From Actinomycetota bacterium (GTDB taxonomy: Bacteria > Actinomycetota > UBA4738 > HRBIN12): a stretch of 53,302 bases of DNA. Position numbers and translations under genes: made by a program. The stretch covers positions 1-53,302 of the forward strand of contig DATDKZ010000057.1 of assembly GCA_036519575.1 (NCBI GenBank). Direction: 5' to 3'. Position 1 is the stretch's first letter. Each line of letters begins with the position of its first letter. This document shows, one piece after another, positions 1 to 12,500 of the stretch. A model generated the notes under the pieces. It was not told where the DNA came from. It saw only the letters and a program-made list of their open reading frames with translations, and ran no database searches.

Positions 1-148
1 GCGTGACCGCGATCCCCGCGTCGCGAAGGGTCTGCGCGGTTCCGCCGGACGACACGAGCGCGACACCCTGGTCCGTCAGTTCCTTCGCCAACCCGACGAT
101 GCCCGTCTTGTCGTAGACGGCGAGCAGCGCCCGGCGGACCGGTCGCAC
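1..148 (-). CDS. purH: Bifunctional AICAR transformylase/IMP cyclohydrolase PurH, N-terminal fragment (continues beyond window)
   Basis: My own minus-strand translation from GTG at 148 gives [49 protein letters not shown], an MGS-like PurH N-terminus. The start lies 1 nt after the purN stop, giving classic purN-purH order. Confidence 0.8.
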   Translation of the reverse strand, partial: MRPVRRALLAVYDKTGIVGLAKELTDQGVALVSSGGTAQTLRDAGIAVT

Positions 149-149
149 C

Positions 150-764
150 TCAGCCAAGGCTCGGCTCCCCCAGTACGTGCACCACCCGGCCCTCGACCTT
201 GATCCGACCCTCGACCAGCGCGCGGACCGCAGCAGGGAGCAAGCGATGCTCCGCCCCGTGGATTCGTGACTCCAGCGTGTCCCAGTCATCGTCGGTTCGC
301 ACCGCAACGGGCTCCTGCGCCACGATCGGCCCGTGATCCACCTCATCGTCTACCAGGTGGACGGTGACGCCGGTGACCTTGACTCCCCACGCGAGTGCGT
401 CCGCCACCGCGTGAGCCCCTGCGAACGATGGCAGGAGGGCCGGATGGACGTTCAGGATGCGGCCGCGGAAGGCGTCCACGGTCTCCCGCCCGACGATCCG
501 CATGAACCCGGCAAGCGCCACGTAGTCGATCCGTTCCGACTCAAGCATCTCTCGAAGCGCGTGATCGTACGCCGCACGGTCCGCGTGCGACGCGGGATCC
601 AGGACAACGGCCTTCACGTCCCTCGTTCGGGCTCGCTCCAGTGCGAACGCGTCGTTCCGGTCCGAGATCACGAGAACGATCCAGGATCCGACGACCGGAT
701 CGTCCAGGAGCGCCTGGAGATTGGTCCCCCGGCCCGAGGCCAGCACTGCCACCCGCGCTTTCAC
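150..764 (-). CDS. purN: Phosphoribosylglycinamide formyltransferase PurN
   Basis: The C-terminal 204 aa of ORF 150..1238 read [21 protein letters not shown]...[18 protein letters not shown]...[15 protein letters not shown], which are PurN motifs. I chose the GTG at 764. The upstream part of the ORF is Arg/Pro-rich junk overlapping the divergent gene. Confidence 0.85.
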   Translation of the reverse strand: MKARVAVLASGRGTNLQALLDDPVVGSWIVLVISDRNDAFALERARTRDVKAVVLDPASHADRAAYDHALREMLESERIDYVALAGFMRIVGRETVDAFRGRILNVHPALLPSFAGAHAVADALAWGVKVTGVTVHLVDDEVDHGPIVAQEPVAVRTDDDWDTLESRIHGAEHRLLPAAVRALVEGRIKVEGRVVHVLGEPSLG

Positions 765-837
765 GCCCGCACGGTATGAACCGGCGGTCACGAGTGTCAA
801 ACATGATCGCCCGAACCCCAACGCTAGGATTTGGGCC

Positions 838-1443
838 GTGCCACTCGACGAGAAGAGCACGAAGAGCGACGATCGCTGCGACCTCCACCCGGCGAGCACC
901 TCGGTGGCCCGCTGCGAGAGTTGCGGACGGCCCCTCTGCCTCGCTTGCGCCGTACCGGTGCGAGGACGAGTCCTCGGCGTCGAATGCCTGGAGGCGGCCC
1001 TTGGGCCCGGTCTCCCGACGGACGTGCTCCCTACGACGGAGCGGTGGACCATTCCATGGACGATCGTTGGGTTGGCTTTCGCGGTGGGCGTCGGCGCGAC
1101 GCTCCTGCCATGGACCCGATTCGGGGAAGGCTCGCATCCCTTGGGAGCCTGGGGCCGGACGGCACAGTGGTCGGTTCTCGCCGCGATCGGCGCCGGGCTC
1201 GGTCTGGCGGTCTGGCTGATGATGCGAGGACTGCGCATCCGCCCTCATCAGCCGTGGGCGATCGTGGAGAGCCTGCTCGGCGCGGCGGTGACCGTTGGCG
1301 CAACCCTGAGCACGATTCGCCCTCCCGCGTTCACACGGCCATGGCTCGGGCCCTGGATCGCCCTCCCCGCGGGGATCGTGGCCTGCGCGGCAGCCCTGAT
1401 CACGATGGCTCGGGCGCGAGAGCCGCACGCGCCGCATGGTTGA
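838..1443 (+). CDS. Membrane protein with N-terminal B-box-like zinc finger (CDLHP..x..CESCGRPLCLAC) followed by about 4 TM segments
   Basis: This is the frame of ORF 721..1443. GTG at 838 is the first start clear of the purN region. It has a Cys/His cluster followed by hydrophobic helices (WTIVGLAFAVGVGATLL, WSVLAAIGAGLGLAVWLMM and others). The exact start is uncertain. Confidence 0.55.
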   Translation: MPLDEKSTKSDDRCDLHPASTSVARCESCGRPLCLACAVPVRGRVLGVECLEAALGPGLPTDVLPTTERWTIPWTIVGLAFAVGVGATLLPWTRFGEGSHPLGAWGRTAQWSVLAAIGAGLGLAVWLMMRGLRIRPHQPWAIVESLLGAAVTVGATLSTIRPPAFTRPWLGPWIALPAGIVACAAALITMARAREPHAPHG

Positions 1444-1514
1444 CTCGCTTTGTGGCCCGGTATTGGATAGCCCAGGCTGCGCGGCCACGACGCTCTGGGG
1501 ATGAAAGGAGAGCG

Positions 1515-1997
1515 ATGGCACGGCAAGGTCAAGGGTTCGATCTGTCCAACGTCTCTACGGCGGACAAGATCATCCTCGGTGGGACGATCGGGTTCGCCAT
1601 CTGGACGTTCCTACCCGTCTGGTACAGCTGCTGCACGGCCCTTGGCGTGACGGTGCCCGGCGGCGGGCTCAACGGATTCCACGGTACGTTGATACTCTCG
1701 TGGTTCCTTGCGCTGGTTGCGATCGCGGAGATCGTCGTGACCAAGGTCATCGGCTCGGAGCTCAAGGTGCCCGTGCAGCGAGGTATGTTGCACATCGCAG
1801 TCGCCGGCCTCGCCCTCCTGTTCACGCTCATCGGATTGGTGTTGAAACCATCCGATTCGGGAGTCAGCACGTCCGTGTCATGGGGGTTCTTCGTGGGACT
1901 CGCGTTGAACCTGGTGTGGGCGTACGGCGCATACATGCTCTACAGCGAACCGGCCTCGACCCATTCGCCTCCGTCGAGCGGCACGGGCCTCGGATAG
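1515..1997 (+). CDS. Small integral membrane protein (about 4 TM), function unknown
   Basis: ATG at 1515 is preceded by AAAGGAGAG. The product MARQGQGFDLSNVSTADKIILGGTIGFAIWTFLPVWY... is hydrophobic with high GC3. It is the C-terminal part of ORF 831..1997. Confidence 0.6.
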   Translation: MARQGQGFDLSNVSTADKIILGGTIGFAIWTFLPVWYSCCTALGVTVPGGGLNGFHGTLILSWFLALVAIAEIVVTKVIGSELKVPVQRGMLHIAVAGLALLFTLIGLVLKPSDSGVSTSVSWGFFVGLALNLVWAYGAYMLYSEPASTHSPPSSGTGLG

Positions 1998-2061
1998 CGC
2001 CGGGACGGTCGGAGGGCCCGGCCGACACGCCGGGCCTTCCGCATGGCTCGTCCACCGGACC

Positions 2062-3462
2062 TCAGGGCGCGCGGAGCGGAGCGCGGGCCGGGAGCTCCCG
2101 CCCCGCCCACCATCCGCCGATACCTCCGCCGACGATGCCCCACCCGAGCGCGATGAGTCCTCCGATCACCACGCCGGGCCCGATCCTCGCTGAGAAGTTC
2201 GAGGAGACGCCGGCGATGCTGCCCGACACGCCGACGGACAGCGACGCGAACCAGGACGCCACCGCCACTAGGATGCCGAAGACGACGCCGGCCGCCGCCC
2301 CCAGCGCGGCGGCCTCGTACCTGAAGGTGGCCCGCTTCTTGACCGCGTGTCGCCCACCCAGCAACACGGAGATCGCGGGAACCAGGAGGAACAGGAAGTA
2401 GCCGGTGGGTGCGGTGCCGTACTCCGTCCGAACCTGCGGCAGCCCCGAGAGGACGCTCCCCGGCGACCCTGGGCCCGTAGAGACTGAGACCTGAGTCGGA
2501 TACTTCCAGTAACACAGGAACGTCCTGGACTCGCCGGACCCGTACACGCCGTCGCATCCGCCCATCGATGGGACGAGCACCCACATCGATTGGTTCGGCA
2601 GCACCAGGACGTGGTGCCCGATGATCAGGACCGTCTCGTCGATGGGCGGTTCCGACACGGTGCGGAAGTACGCCCGTGTGGCGTCGGGGTGAACCACCGC
2701 AAGGACCAGGAGTCCCACGAACGAGAGCACGATGCCGAGCGCGAGCATCCTGAACCCACCAGCGAACGCCCCGGACACCCGCCGGCCCCAGGGGCCTCGG
2801 CTGAGGAGCTCGTAGCGACCAGACCGCATACCACCGGCAGCTCCGGCGGCAGCCGCGATGAGGAAGGGGATCAGGAAGGACTGGGCCGCGGAGGACTTCA
2901 ATTCCACGGATCCCGACGCGAAGGCGCCCGACGGAACGCTGATCTCCAATTTCACCAGCAGCGAGACCAGGAGGCACGGGAGCGCATACACGGGCGCGAC
3001 CTTCAGGCCGTGGAGGACCCGGGCGAGGCCACCCCCCTCGGCCCGGTCGGCGACGGCCTTGCCGGCGCCGTACAGGAGCCAGATGGCGAGGAACGTCCCG
3101 AGCATCAGGGCCAGTCCCAGATGCGCGCGGATGGACGCCCCGCCCGGCAGCAGGCCACCGGTGTCTGGGATCGAGATGTCGGGCACGCTCGCGGTCAACG
3201 CGATGTGATGGAACCAATCGAAGTAGAACCAGCCCAGCCGGGCGAAGGTCCCCGCCGAGCCTGGCTGGTCGCTCACGAAATAGACGACGAACGCCGCCGC
3301 CTGTCCTAGGCCGGCCATGACGACGAATGCCACGAGGCCTCGAACGAGCGCCGTCGACCACCCGCGCGTGATGTCGTCCACGATGGGCGGTGGGGCGGCG
3401 ACGCCGGGACCGGAAGGCGAGACCGGCGCGGTAGGAGTAGGAGGTGGAGGAACGTCGCTCAT
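2062..3462 (-). CDS. Polytopic membrane protein, PerM/DUF6350-like by position and architecture
   Basis: 466 aa, with a Pro-rich N-terminus followed by many TM helices. Its ATG overlaps the sucD stop (ATGA at 3459-3462). The sucCD-membrane protein-purNH synteny recalls the mycobacterial perM region. The family name is recalled from memory and was not searched. Confidence 0.6.
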   Translation of the reverse strand: MSDVPPPPTPTAPVSPSGPGVAAPPPIVDDITRGWSTALVRGLVAFVVMAGLGQAAAFVVYFVSDQPGSAGTFARLGWFYFDWFHHIALTASVPDISIPDTGGLLPGGASIRAHLGLALMLGTFLAIWLLYGAGKAVADRAEGGGLARVLHGLKVAPVYALPCLLVSLLVKLEISVPSGAFASGSVELKSSAAQSFLIPFLIAAAAGAAGGMRSGRYELLSRGPWGRRVSGAFAGGFRMLALGIVLSFVGLLVLAVVHPDATRAYFRTVSEPPIDETVLIIGHHVLVLPNQSMWVLVPSMGGCDGVYGSGESRTFLCYWKYPTQVSVSTGPGSPGSVLSGLPQVRTEYGTAPTGYFLFLLVPAISVLLGGRHAVKKRATFRYEAAALGAAAGVVFGILVAVASWFASLSVGVSGSIAGVSSNFSARIGPGVVIGGLIALGWGIVGGGIGGWWAGRELPARAPLRAP

Positions 3463-4328
3463 GCCATAGCTCCTTCGACGAGTTCGGCAACCTCGGTGGG
3501 CGTCCGACCGACCTTCACGCCCGCGGCCTCGAGCGCCTCGGCCTTGGCCTGGGCCGTCCCACTCGAGCCCGTGACGATGGCGCCTGCATGGCCCATGCGT
3601 TTGCCGGGCGGCGCGGTGAACCCGGCGATGTAGCCGACAACCGGCTTCTGCATCCGCTCCGCGATGAACGCTGCGGCATGCTCCTCGTCATCGCCCCCGA
3701 TCTCCCCGATCAGCACCACGAGATCGGTCTGGGGGTCCATCTCGAACAGCTCGAGGGAGCCGATGAAACCGATGCCGTGCACGGGGTCGCCTCCCATCCC
3801 CACGCACGTGGATTGCCCCACACCGCGTTCCGTCAGCTCGTACACGATCTGGTAGGTGAGGGTACCCGAACGCGAGACCAGGCCCACCGGCCCGGCCACG
3901 CAGATCTCCCAGGGGATGATCCCGACGTTCGACTTCCCAGGCGAGATGACGCCGGGGCAGTTCGGTCCAACCAGCGTGGACGGCTTGCCCTGCAGGTATC
4001 CCACCACCTGCGCCATGTCCCGGACGGGGATGCCCTCGGTGATGCACACGATGAGTCGAAGATCGGAATCGGTCGCCTCGTAGATGGCCTCCGCGGCGAA
4101 TCGCGGCGGTACGAAGATGAGGGAGGTGTTCGCGCCGGTCTCGGTCACCGCCTCCGCCACCGTGTCGAAGACCGGGATGCCCTCCACGTCCAGGCCGGAT
4201 TTGCCGGGGGTGACTCCGGCCACCACCTTGGTGCCGTACGCCCGGTTGCGCAGCCCGTGGAACGTGCCCTCACGGCCGGTCAGTCCCTGCACCACGACGC
4301 GGGTTGCGTCGTCGACGAGGATCGCCAT
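3459..4328 (-). CDS. sucD: Succinyl-CoA ligase (ADP-forming) alpha subunit
   Basis: [25 protein letters not shown]...GHAGAIV (phospho-His loop). 289 aa. It directly follows sucC. Confidence 0.95.
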   Translation of the reverse strand: MAILVDDATRVVVQGLTGREGTFHGLRNRAYGTKVVAGVTPGKSGLDVEGIPVFDTVAEAVTETGANTSLIFVPPRFAAEAIYEATDSDLRLIVCITEGIPVRDMAQVVGYLQGKPSTLVGPNCPGVISPGKSNVGIIPWEICVAGPVGLVSRSGTLTYQIVYELTERGVGQSTCVGMGGDPVHGIGFIGSLELFEMDPQTDLVVLIGEIGGDDEEHAAAFIAERMQKPVVGYIAGFTAPPGKRMGHAGAIVTGSSGTAQAKAEALEAAGVKVGRTPTEVAELVEGAMA

Positions 4329-5467
4329 CAGGCCGCCCTCGCCAGCTCGGCGGCCAGTTGTGCCGCCTCGAGCATCGTCTCGGCCGGCACGATCCGGGGG
4401 TGGTTCGCCTCGGCCAGGATGGTGCGGCCTTCCGATGCATTCGTGCCGTCCAGGCGAACCACGATCTGGACGGTGGGGGTGACCCGCTGGAGGGCCTCCA
4501 GGATCCCCCGGGCCACGACGTCGCCTCGAGTGATGCCCCCGAAGATGTTCACCAGGGTCGACCGCACGCTCGGGTCCGACAGGATCACCTCGAGCGAGAC
4601 GGCCATCACCTCCGCGCTTGCACCGCCGCCGACGTCGAGGAAGTTGGCCGGCTTCGCCCCGGCCAGCTCCACGACGTCGAGGGTCGCCATCACCAGGCCG
4701 GCGCCGTTGCCGATGATCCCCACCTCGCCGTCGAGCTTCACGTATTGGAGGTCCGCCTCCCTGGCCCGGGCCTCCACCGGATCGATGGGGAAGGTTGCAC
4801 GAAGGGATTCGAGCTCAGGATGGCGCCACAGCGCGTTGTCGTCGATCGTGACCTTCGAGTCCAGGGCGACCACCCGGCCGTCGGCCAGGAGGGCCAGCGG
4901 GTTGACCTCGACGAGCGTCGCGTCGTTCGCTGCGAGGACCTCGTACATCTTGGCCAGCACCGCCCCCGCCCCCTCCCGCGCTCGCAGGGGGAGATGCCCC
5001 ACCCCGTAGCGCACCTGATAGGGGTGCATTCCCAGGCGGGGATCGATGCGAACTCGGCGCAACGCCTCTGGCCGTTCCCGCGCCACCTCCTCGATGTCCA
5101 TGCCGCCCTCCGAGGAGACGATCGCCAGGTAGGCGCCGGCGCTCCGGTCGAGCGAGATCGCCGCATAGAACTGCTCCGAGATGTCGACCAGCCGCTCGAC
5201 GAGGACCCGGGTGACCTTCGTTCCCCGGAATCCCTCCGAGAGCATCCTGGCGGCGGCGGCCTCGGCCTCCTCGGGAGACCCGACCAGGGCGATGCCCCCA
5301 CCCTTTCCTCGCCCTCCGATCTGGACCTGGACCTTCACCGCCACCTTCCCTCCCAGGCGCTCGGCGAATTGTCGGGACTGTTTCGCCGACTCGGCCATGG
5401 AGCCTTCGACCAGAGGAATGCCGTGCCGGGCGAACAGCTCCTTTCCCTGGTGCTCGTACAGGTCCAT
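4328..5467 (-). CDS. sucC: Succinyl-CoA ligase (ADP-forming) beta subunit
   Basis: [19 protein letters not shown]...[10 protein letters not shown], an ATP-grasp SucC. 379 aa. Confidence 0.95.
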   Translation of the reverse strand: MDLYEHQGKELFARHGIPLVEGSMAESAKQSRQFAERLGGKVAVKVQVQIGGRGKGGGIALVGSPEEAEAAAARMLSEGFRGTKVTRVLVERLVDISEQFYAAISLDRSAGAYLAIVSSEGGMDIEEVARERPEALRRVRIDPRLGMHPYQVRYGVGHLPLRAREGAGAVLAKMYEVLAANDATLVEVNPLALLADGRVVALDSKVTIDDNALWRHPELESLRATFPIDPVEARAREADLQYVKLDGEVGIIGNGAGLVMATLDVVELAGAKPANFLDVGGGASAEVMAVSLEVILSDPSVRSTLVNIFGGITRGDVVARGILEALQRVTPTVQIVVRLDGTNASEGRTILAEANHPRIVPAETMLEAAQLAAELARAA

Positions 5468-5874
5468 CAGCTGGCTTGCCTGGCCGGCAGCCGCTCTCGG
5501 AGCCAGGCCACGATCTCCCCCGTGGCCGCCCCGGGGGTGAAGATGCGCTCGATCCCCTCGGCTTCGAGCTTGGGGATGTCGTCCTTGGGGACGATGCCGC
5601 CGCCGAACACGACCACATCACCCGCGCCCCGTTCCCGCAGGAGCTTCACCACTTTGGGGAAAAGCGTCATGTGCGCCCCCGAATGGCACGACAGACCCAC
5701 GCCGTCGGCGTCTTCCTGGATCGCCGTCTCGGCGATCTGCTCCGGGGTCTGGTGCAGGCCCGTGTAGATGACCTCGAACCCGGCATCACGGAGGGCACGC
5801 GCGACGACCTTCGCGCCGCGGTCATGCCCATCGAGGCCGGGCTTGGCCACGACGATCCGGTACTTCTCGGGCAT
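5467..5874 (-). CDS. Stand-alone cobalamin(B12)-binding subunit of a methylmalonyl-/isobutyryl-CoA mutase-family enzyme
   Basis: 135 aa. [41 protein letters not shown] carries the DxHxxG B12-binding motif. Its stop overlaps the sucC start (TGATG at 5465-5469). No catalytic large subunit is in the window. Confidence 0.85.
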   Translation of the reverse strand: MPEKYRIVVAKPGLDGHDRGAKVVARALRDAGFEVIYTGLHQTPEQIAETAIQEDADGVGLSCHSGAHMTLFPKVVKLLRERGAGDVVVFGGGIVPKDDIPKLEAEGIERIFTPGAATGEIVAWLRERLPARQAS

Positions 5875-5948
5875 CGGCGGCCATCATAGCGAACGCCCTG
5901 CTTCGTTCCGTTCGGAAGACCCTCCAGCCCACCTGCGATACTCGGCGT

Positions 5949-6113
5949 GTGGCCAGAAGGCGATTCCGGTTCCGACCGCCCGGCCTGAAGCCCACGACGA
6001 AGGTCGGTACGCTCGGCCCGTACCGGGGCCGGCTGGGCCTGGCGTGGGTGATCGCGCCGCTGGTCGTGGCCATCGTCATCGTCGTCGCTGGCTCCCTCGC
6101 GTTGTTCCGCTGA
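5949..6113 (+). CDS. Candidate small (54 aa) single-pass membrane protein (not in the ORF track)
   Basis: My own translation from GTG 5949 gives VARRRFRFRPPGLKPTTKVGTLGPYRGRLGLAWVIAPLVVAIVIVVAGSLALFR*. It has a basic N-terminus plus one TM helix, and third codon positions are mostly G/C. No obvious RBS. Confidence 0.3.
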   Translation: MARRRFRFRPPGLKPTTKVGTLGPYRGRLGLAWVIAPLVVAIVIVVAGSLALFR

Positions 6114-6168
6114 GCTCGAGCCAGATGACCATGGGGATCCTGGTTGGCGTTTCGGCCGTGAGGTTTCG

Positions 6169-6653
6169 ATGAACTGGGAGCGGTTCATGGCCGACGTGCC
6201 GGAACTCGCGAGCCCGGCCGAAGCCCGCTTCCGGAACGACGGGCTCTGCCTGGTGGGCACGCTACGGAAGGACGGCTCGCCTCGCATCAGCCCGTGCGAG
6301 CTCGACTTCGCGGCGGGTGAGCTCCTCCTCGGCATGATGTGGCGGTCGAGGAAGGCGCTGGACCTGCTCCGGGACCCGCGCATCGTCGTTCACAGCGTGA
6401 CCAGCGATCGGGAGGGAACAGAAGGAGACGTCAAGCTCTACGGCCGGGCGATCGACATGTCCTCTCCCGAGGTTCGGCAGGCCTACCGCGATGCGATCAG
6501 GGCCCGCATCGGGTGGGCCCCCGACGAGCCCGAGTATCACCTGTTCGCCCTCGACATCGAATCCGCCGGCTACATCGTGTTCGGCGACGACGGCCACGCA
6601 CTGACCTGGGATCCTTCGAGCGGGCTGCGGCGCCTTCCCCTCGCGGAAACGAC

Positions 6654-6657
<4 letters not shown>
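6169..6657 (+). CDS. Pyridoxamine 5'-phosphate oxidase-like (PPOX/split-barrel flavin- or F420-binding) family protein
   Basis: 162 aa. LVGTLRKDGSPRISPCE...IVVHSV...LYGRA has the pattern typical of PPOX-class split barrels. The family call is from memory. Confidence 0.55.
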
Positions 6658-8846
<2,189 letters not shown>

Positions 8847-8886
8847 GCCTACGATTGTAGGGGTCGACCGCGACCCTCAAGTTCGT

Positions 8887-9570
8887 TTGGAAACCTGGCA
8901 CACTGAAAACGTGCAGGACGCCACGCCGGCATCCACCGAAACGCGGCCTCCGCGCTCAGCCTCCTCGCCGTCCCGGAGGCGCGTTGCCCTGGCCCTTCGA
9001 GCCATGGCCATCGTGTTCATCGCGGGAGGCCTCGTCATCGGCGGCGATCTTGCATGGAAGCTCTGGGGGACCGGATTCACCACACAGCGCCTCCAGGCCG
9101 AGATGCGTCCCAACTTCGAGCAGAAGCTGGGGACGAGGGTCGCGACCGATCCGGGCGCGGATGCGGTCCGAGTGCCCGGGAACGCGATGGCCATCCTGAA
9201 GATCCCCCGGATCCACCTCGACATGGTCGTGGTGGAGGGGACCGACACGGAGTCGCTCAAGAAGGGTCCCGGCCACTACGCCGACACGGCGTACCCGTGG
9301 CAGGACCACGGCCGGGTGGCGATCGCTGGGCATCGCACCACCTACCTGCACCCCTTCTACGACCTGAACGAGATGAAGGAAGGCGATCCCATCATCATGG
9401 AAACGGAATACGGGACCTTCCGGTACATGGTGACGAGCGTGTTCGTGACCACGCCCGACGACTCGTCCGTTCTCGACCAGACGAAGAGGCCAACGTTGGT
9501 GCTCACCACATGCAACCCGCGCTATTCGGCGGCCGAGCGCCTCATCGTCGTCGCCAGTCGCCTCGATTGA
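8887..9570 (+). CDS. Sortase (class E-like transpeptidase)
   Basis: N-terminal TM anchor (ALALRAMAIVFIAGGLVIGG), then IAGHRTTYLHPFYDL and LVLTTCNPRYS (TLxTC catalytic Cys). The track start is TTG 8887. GTG 8911 is an alternative start. Confidence 0.85.
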   Translation: METWHTENVQDATPASTETRPPRSASSPSRRRVALALRAMAIVFIAGGLVIGGDLAWKLWGTGFTTQRLQAEMRPNFEQKLGTRVATDPGADAVRVPGNAMAILKIPRIHLDMVVVEGTDTESLKKGPGHYADTAYPWQDHGRVAIAGHRTTYLHPFYDLNEMKEGDPIIMETEYGTFRYMVTSVFVTTPDDSSVLDQTKRPTLVLTTCNPRYSAAERLIVVASRLD

Positions 9571-9573
9571 GGC

Positions 9574-11118
9574 CTACTCCCACTCGATCGTCGCGGGGGG
9601 CTTCGATGACACGTCGTAGGCCACCCGGTTCACCCCCGGAACCTCGGCGATCACGCGGCTCGAGATCCGGTCCAGCACCTCGTCAGGGAGGCGGGCCCAA
9701 TCCGCGGTCATGGCGTCCTCGCTCGTCACCGCCCGGATCACGACCGGGTGCTCGTAGGTCCTGCCGTCGCCCATCACCCCCACGCTTCGGATATCGCCCA
9801 GGAGGACCGCGAAGCACTGCCATAGCTCGTGGTGCAGCCCGGCCCGCCGGATCTCGTCGTTCACGATGGCGTCCGCGGCCCGCACGACCGCGATTCGGTC
9901 GGGCCTGACCTCCCCGACGATCCGCACGGCGAGGCCGGGTCCGGGGAACGGCTGGCGTCGCACGACCTCCTGTGGCAGCCCGAGCTCCTCTCCCACCTCG
10001 CGAACCTCGTCCTTGAACAGGTCGCGGAGCGGCTCGATCAGCTCGAACTCCATGTCCTCGGGTAGTCCGCCGACGTTGTGGTGGCTCTTGATCCTGGCCG
10101 CCGTCCGCGATCCCGATTCGATGACGTCGGGGTAGAGGGTGCCTTGCACCAGGAACCTCGCGCCGAACGGCGCTGCCGCCTCCTCGAAGACCCGGATGAA
10201 TTCCTCTCCGATCACCTTCCGCTTCAGCTCCGGGTCGGTCACGCCGGCCAGCTTGGCCAGGAACCGGTCGGCCGCCTTGACATGGACGAGCGGAACCCGG
10301 AAGTGACGAGCGAACGTGTCCTCCACCTGCTCTGGCTCGCCGTCGCGCAGGAGCCCGGTGTCGACGAAGACGCAGGTGAGCTGGTCGCCGATCGCTCGGT
10401 GCACTAGCAGCGCCGAGACGGAGGAGTCGACGCCACCCGACAAGGCGCAAATCACCTTGGCTTGGCCCACCTGATCCCTGATGTGGGCCACGGATCGTTC
10501 GATCACGTTGGCGGGGGTCCAGTCCGGGAGCAGGCCGCAGCCCTCGTAGAGGAACCGTTTCATGACGTCGAGCCCCCGGGGCGTGTGGGCGACCTCCGGA
10601 TGGAACTGCACGCCGAAGAAGCCACGCTCCCTGTCCTCCATGGCCGCGACCGGCGTCGACTCGGTGTGGGCCGTGACCCGGAACCCATCGGGCGCCCGGA
10701 CCACGGTGTCGCCGTGGCTCATCCACACCGTGTCGATCGCCGGCAGATCGGCCAGGAGCACACCCGGCTCGTCGACGAAGAGCTCGGTGCGGCCGTACTC
10801 GCGAAGGCCCGTGGCCCGGACCTCGCCGGCCAGCGCCTGGGTCATGAACTGTTGGCCGTAACAGATGCCGAGCACCGGCAGACCGACCCCGAGAACATCC
10901 GGATCGAGAGACGGCGCGTCGTGCTCGTACACCGACGCAGGCCCCCCCGAGAGGATCAGGCCCGCCGGCCGCTTGGCCATGAGCTCGGCCACCGGCAGGT
11001 CGTGGGGGACGATCTCGGAGTACACGCGACACTCCCGAACCCGCCGCGCGATGAGCTGAGCGTACTGCGCCCCCAGGTCGACCACCAGGACGGGACGCGG
11101 GTCCTGCTCTGCGGTCAT
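9574..11118 (-). CDS. guaA: GMP synthase (glutamine-hydrolysing)
   Basis: 514 aa. GATase domain (GICYGQQ), ATP-PPase SGGVDSS motif, C-terminal KPPATIEWE. Confidence 0.95.
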   Translation of the reverse strand: MTAEQDPRPVLVVDLGAQYAQLIARRVRECRVYSEIVPHDLPVAELMAKRPAGLILSGGPASVYEHDAPSLDPDVLGVGLPVLGICYGQQFMTQALAGEVRATGLREYGRTELFVDEPGVLLADLPAIDTVWMSHGDTVVRAPDGFRVTAHTESTPVAAMEDRERGFFGVQFHPEVAHTPRGLDVMKRFLYEGCGLLPDWTPANVIERSVAHIRDQVGQAKVICALSGGVDSSVSALLVHRAIGDQLTCVFVDTGLLRDGEPEQVEDTFARHFRVPLVHVKAADRFLAKLAGVTDPELKRKVIGEEFIRVFEEAAAPFGARFLVQGTLYPDVIESGSRTAARIKSHHNVGGLPEDMEFELIEPLRDLFKDEVREVGEELGLPQEVVRRQPFPGPGLAVRIVGEVRPDRIAVVRAADAIVNDEIRRAGLHHELWQCFAVLLGDIRSVGVMGDGRTYEHPVVIRAVTSEDAMTADWARLPDEVLDRISSRVIAEVPGVNRVAYDVSSKPPATIEWE

Positions 11119-11122
11119 CCGT

Positions 11123-12283
11123 TCAATGCCCCATCCCCACGTGCTGAGCCTGCTGGTACGCCTTGCCTTCGCTCTTGATGGATGGGGCCATGACCAGCTC
11201 GGCCTTCTGGAACTCCTTGATCGTGGCGTACCCAGTGGTCGCCATCGATGTGGCGAGCGCGCCGAACAGGTTCAGCGTGCCGTCGTTCTCGTGCGCCGGA
11301 CCGACGAGGATCTCGGCGAGCGAGGCGACTTGCTGGGTCTTGACCCGGGCGCCGCGCGGAAGCGTCGGGTGGAACGTGGCCATCCCCCAGTGGTGGCCCC
11401 GACCCGGAGCCTCGTAGGCGCGCGCGAGAGGGGAGCCGATCATCACCGCGTCGGCCCCGCAGGCGATGGCCTTGGCGATGTCTCCACCGGTCCGCATGCC
11501 TCCGTCCGCGACCACGTGGCAGTACCGGCCGGTCTCTCGTTGGTGTTCCGAGCGGGCCGCCGCCGCGTCGGCGACGGCCGTTGCCTGGGGGACGCCGACG
11601 CCGATGACGCCCCTGGTGGTGCAGGCGTTGCCCGGACCCACTCCCACCAGCACCCCCGCCGCGCCGGTCCGCATGAGATGGAGCGCGGTCTGGTACGACG
11701 CGCAGCCGCCGACGATCACGGGGAGGTCGAACCCAGCGATGAACTCCTTCAGGTTGAGCGGCTCTGACCGCGTGGAGACGTGCTCCGCCGAGACCACCGT
11801 GCCCTGCACGACCAGGACGTCCAGCTCGGCCTCCAGCACGAGAGGTGAGTACTGCCTGACCCGCTGCGGCGTGAGCGAGGCCGCCGCCACCACCCCACCC
11901 TCCTTGATCTCCCGGATCCGTCGGAGGATCAACTCCTCCCTGACCGGCTCCCGGTACAGCTCCTGCATCCGCCGGGTGGCCTTGTCATCGGGAAGGGCGG
12001 CGATCTCGTCGAAGACCGGCTCGGGGTCCTCGTATCGGGTCTGCAGGCCCTCCAGGTTCAGCACGGCCAGCCCGCCGAGCTTCCCGATCTCGACGGCGGT
12101 GGTGGGAGACACCGCGGCGTCCATGGCCGCGGCCATGACCGGCAGGGGAAAGGTGAACGCGTCGATCTCCCACGAGATGTCCACGTCGTCGGGGTCGCGG
12201 GTGCGCCGGGACGGAACGATGGCCACCTCGTCGAGGCCGTAGGCCCGGCGTGCCGTCCTTCCCATGCCGATCTCGATATCCAT
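11123..12283 (-). CDS. guaB3: GuaB3-type IMP dehydrogenase-related protein (no CBS insert)
   Basis: ATG 12283 with a [45 protein letters not shown]...[11 protein letters not shown]...[12 protein letters not shown]. The N-terminal 79 aa of the track ORF are rejected. Confidence 0.85.
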   Translation of the reverse strand: MDIEIGMGRTARRAYGLDEVAIVPSRRTRDPDDVDISWEIDAFTFPLPVMAAAMDAAVSPTTAVEIGKLGGLAVLNLEGLQTRYEDPEPVFDEIAALPDDKATRRMQELYREPVREELILRRIREIKEGGVVAAASLTPQRVRQYSPLVLEAELDVLVVQGTVVSAEHVSTRSEPLNLKEFIAGFDLPVIVGGCASYQTALHLMRTGAAGVLVGVGPGNACTTRGVIGVGVPQATAVADAAAARSEHQRETGRYCHVVADGGMRTGGDIAKAIACGADAVMIGSPLARAYEAPGRGHHWGMATFHPTLPRGARVKTQQVASLAEILVGPAHENDGTLNLFGALATSMATTGYATIKEFQKAELVMAPSIKSEGKAYQQAQHVGMGH

Positions 12284-12500
12284 GCGCCTCCCCCAGATAG
12301 GCGGATGCCCACCCGATCCCGGGTGGGCGCCGAGTCCTACATGCGCAAACGGTACCAGCCGACCCGGCCGGAGACGACGAGCGCGTGGCCGTCTCAAGCC
12401 CTCCCGGCTTCGGGCCGATGTCGGTTCGGATGATTGAACTCGCCAACCGGCCGTCGGACAATCGCTCGGCGGCTCCCCGATCGTGAGGGGGACTCTCCCG

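Noticed and set aside
3444-5009. 521-aa plus-strand ORF. Similar long ORFs occur at 4304..5767, 16120..17622, 44376..45935, 32254..33966, 24416..25774 and 49115..50518, all antisense or out of frame to recognised genes.
   Set aside because: The translations are Arg/Gly/Pro/Asp-rich and low in complexity, with no recognisable motifs. They exactly shadow strongly supported genes (sucCD, groEL, rpsE-rplF, glmM and others). Stop-poor alternative frames are expected in high-GC DNA.
5875-6168. Possible cobalamin riboswitch upstream of the B12-binding subunit gene.
   Set aside because: I could not find a B12-box-like core (GCCACTG or its complement) or the usual conserved stems by eye. A covariance-model scan would be needed for certainty.
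12307-12328. 9-bp GC-rich hairpin (GCCCACCCG-ATCC-CGGGTGGGC), 25-45 nt upstream of guaB3.
   Set aside because: I considered it as a terminator or riboswitch stem. There is no U-tract on either strand and no upstream gene to terminate. It is most likely just a 5'-UTR or promoter-proximal structure, and there is too little evidence for a functional call.
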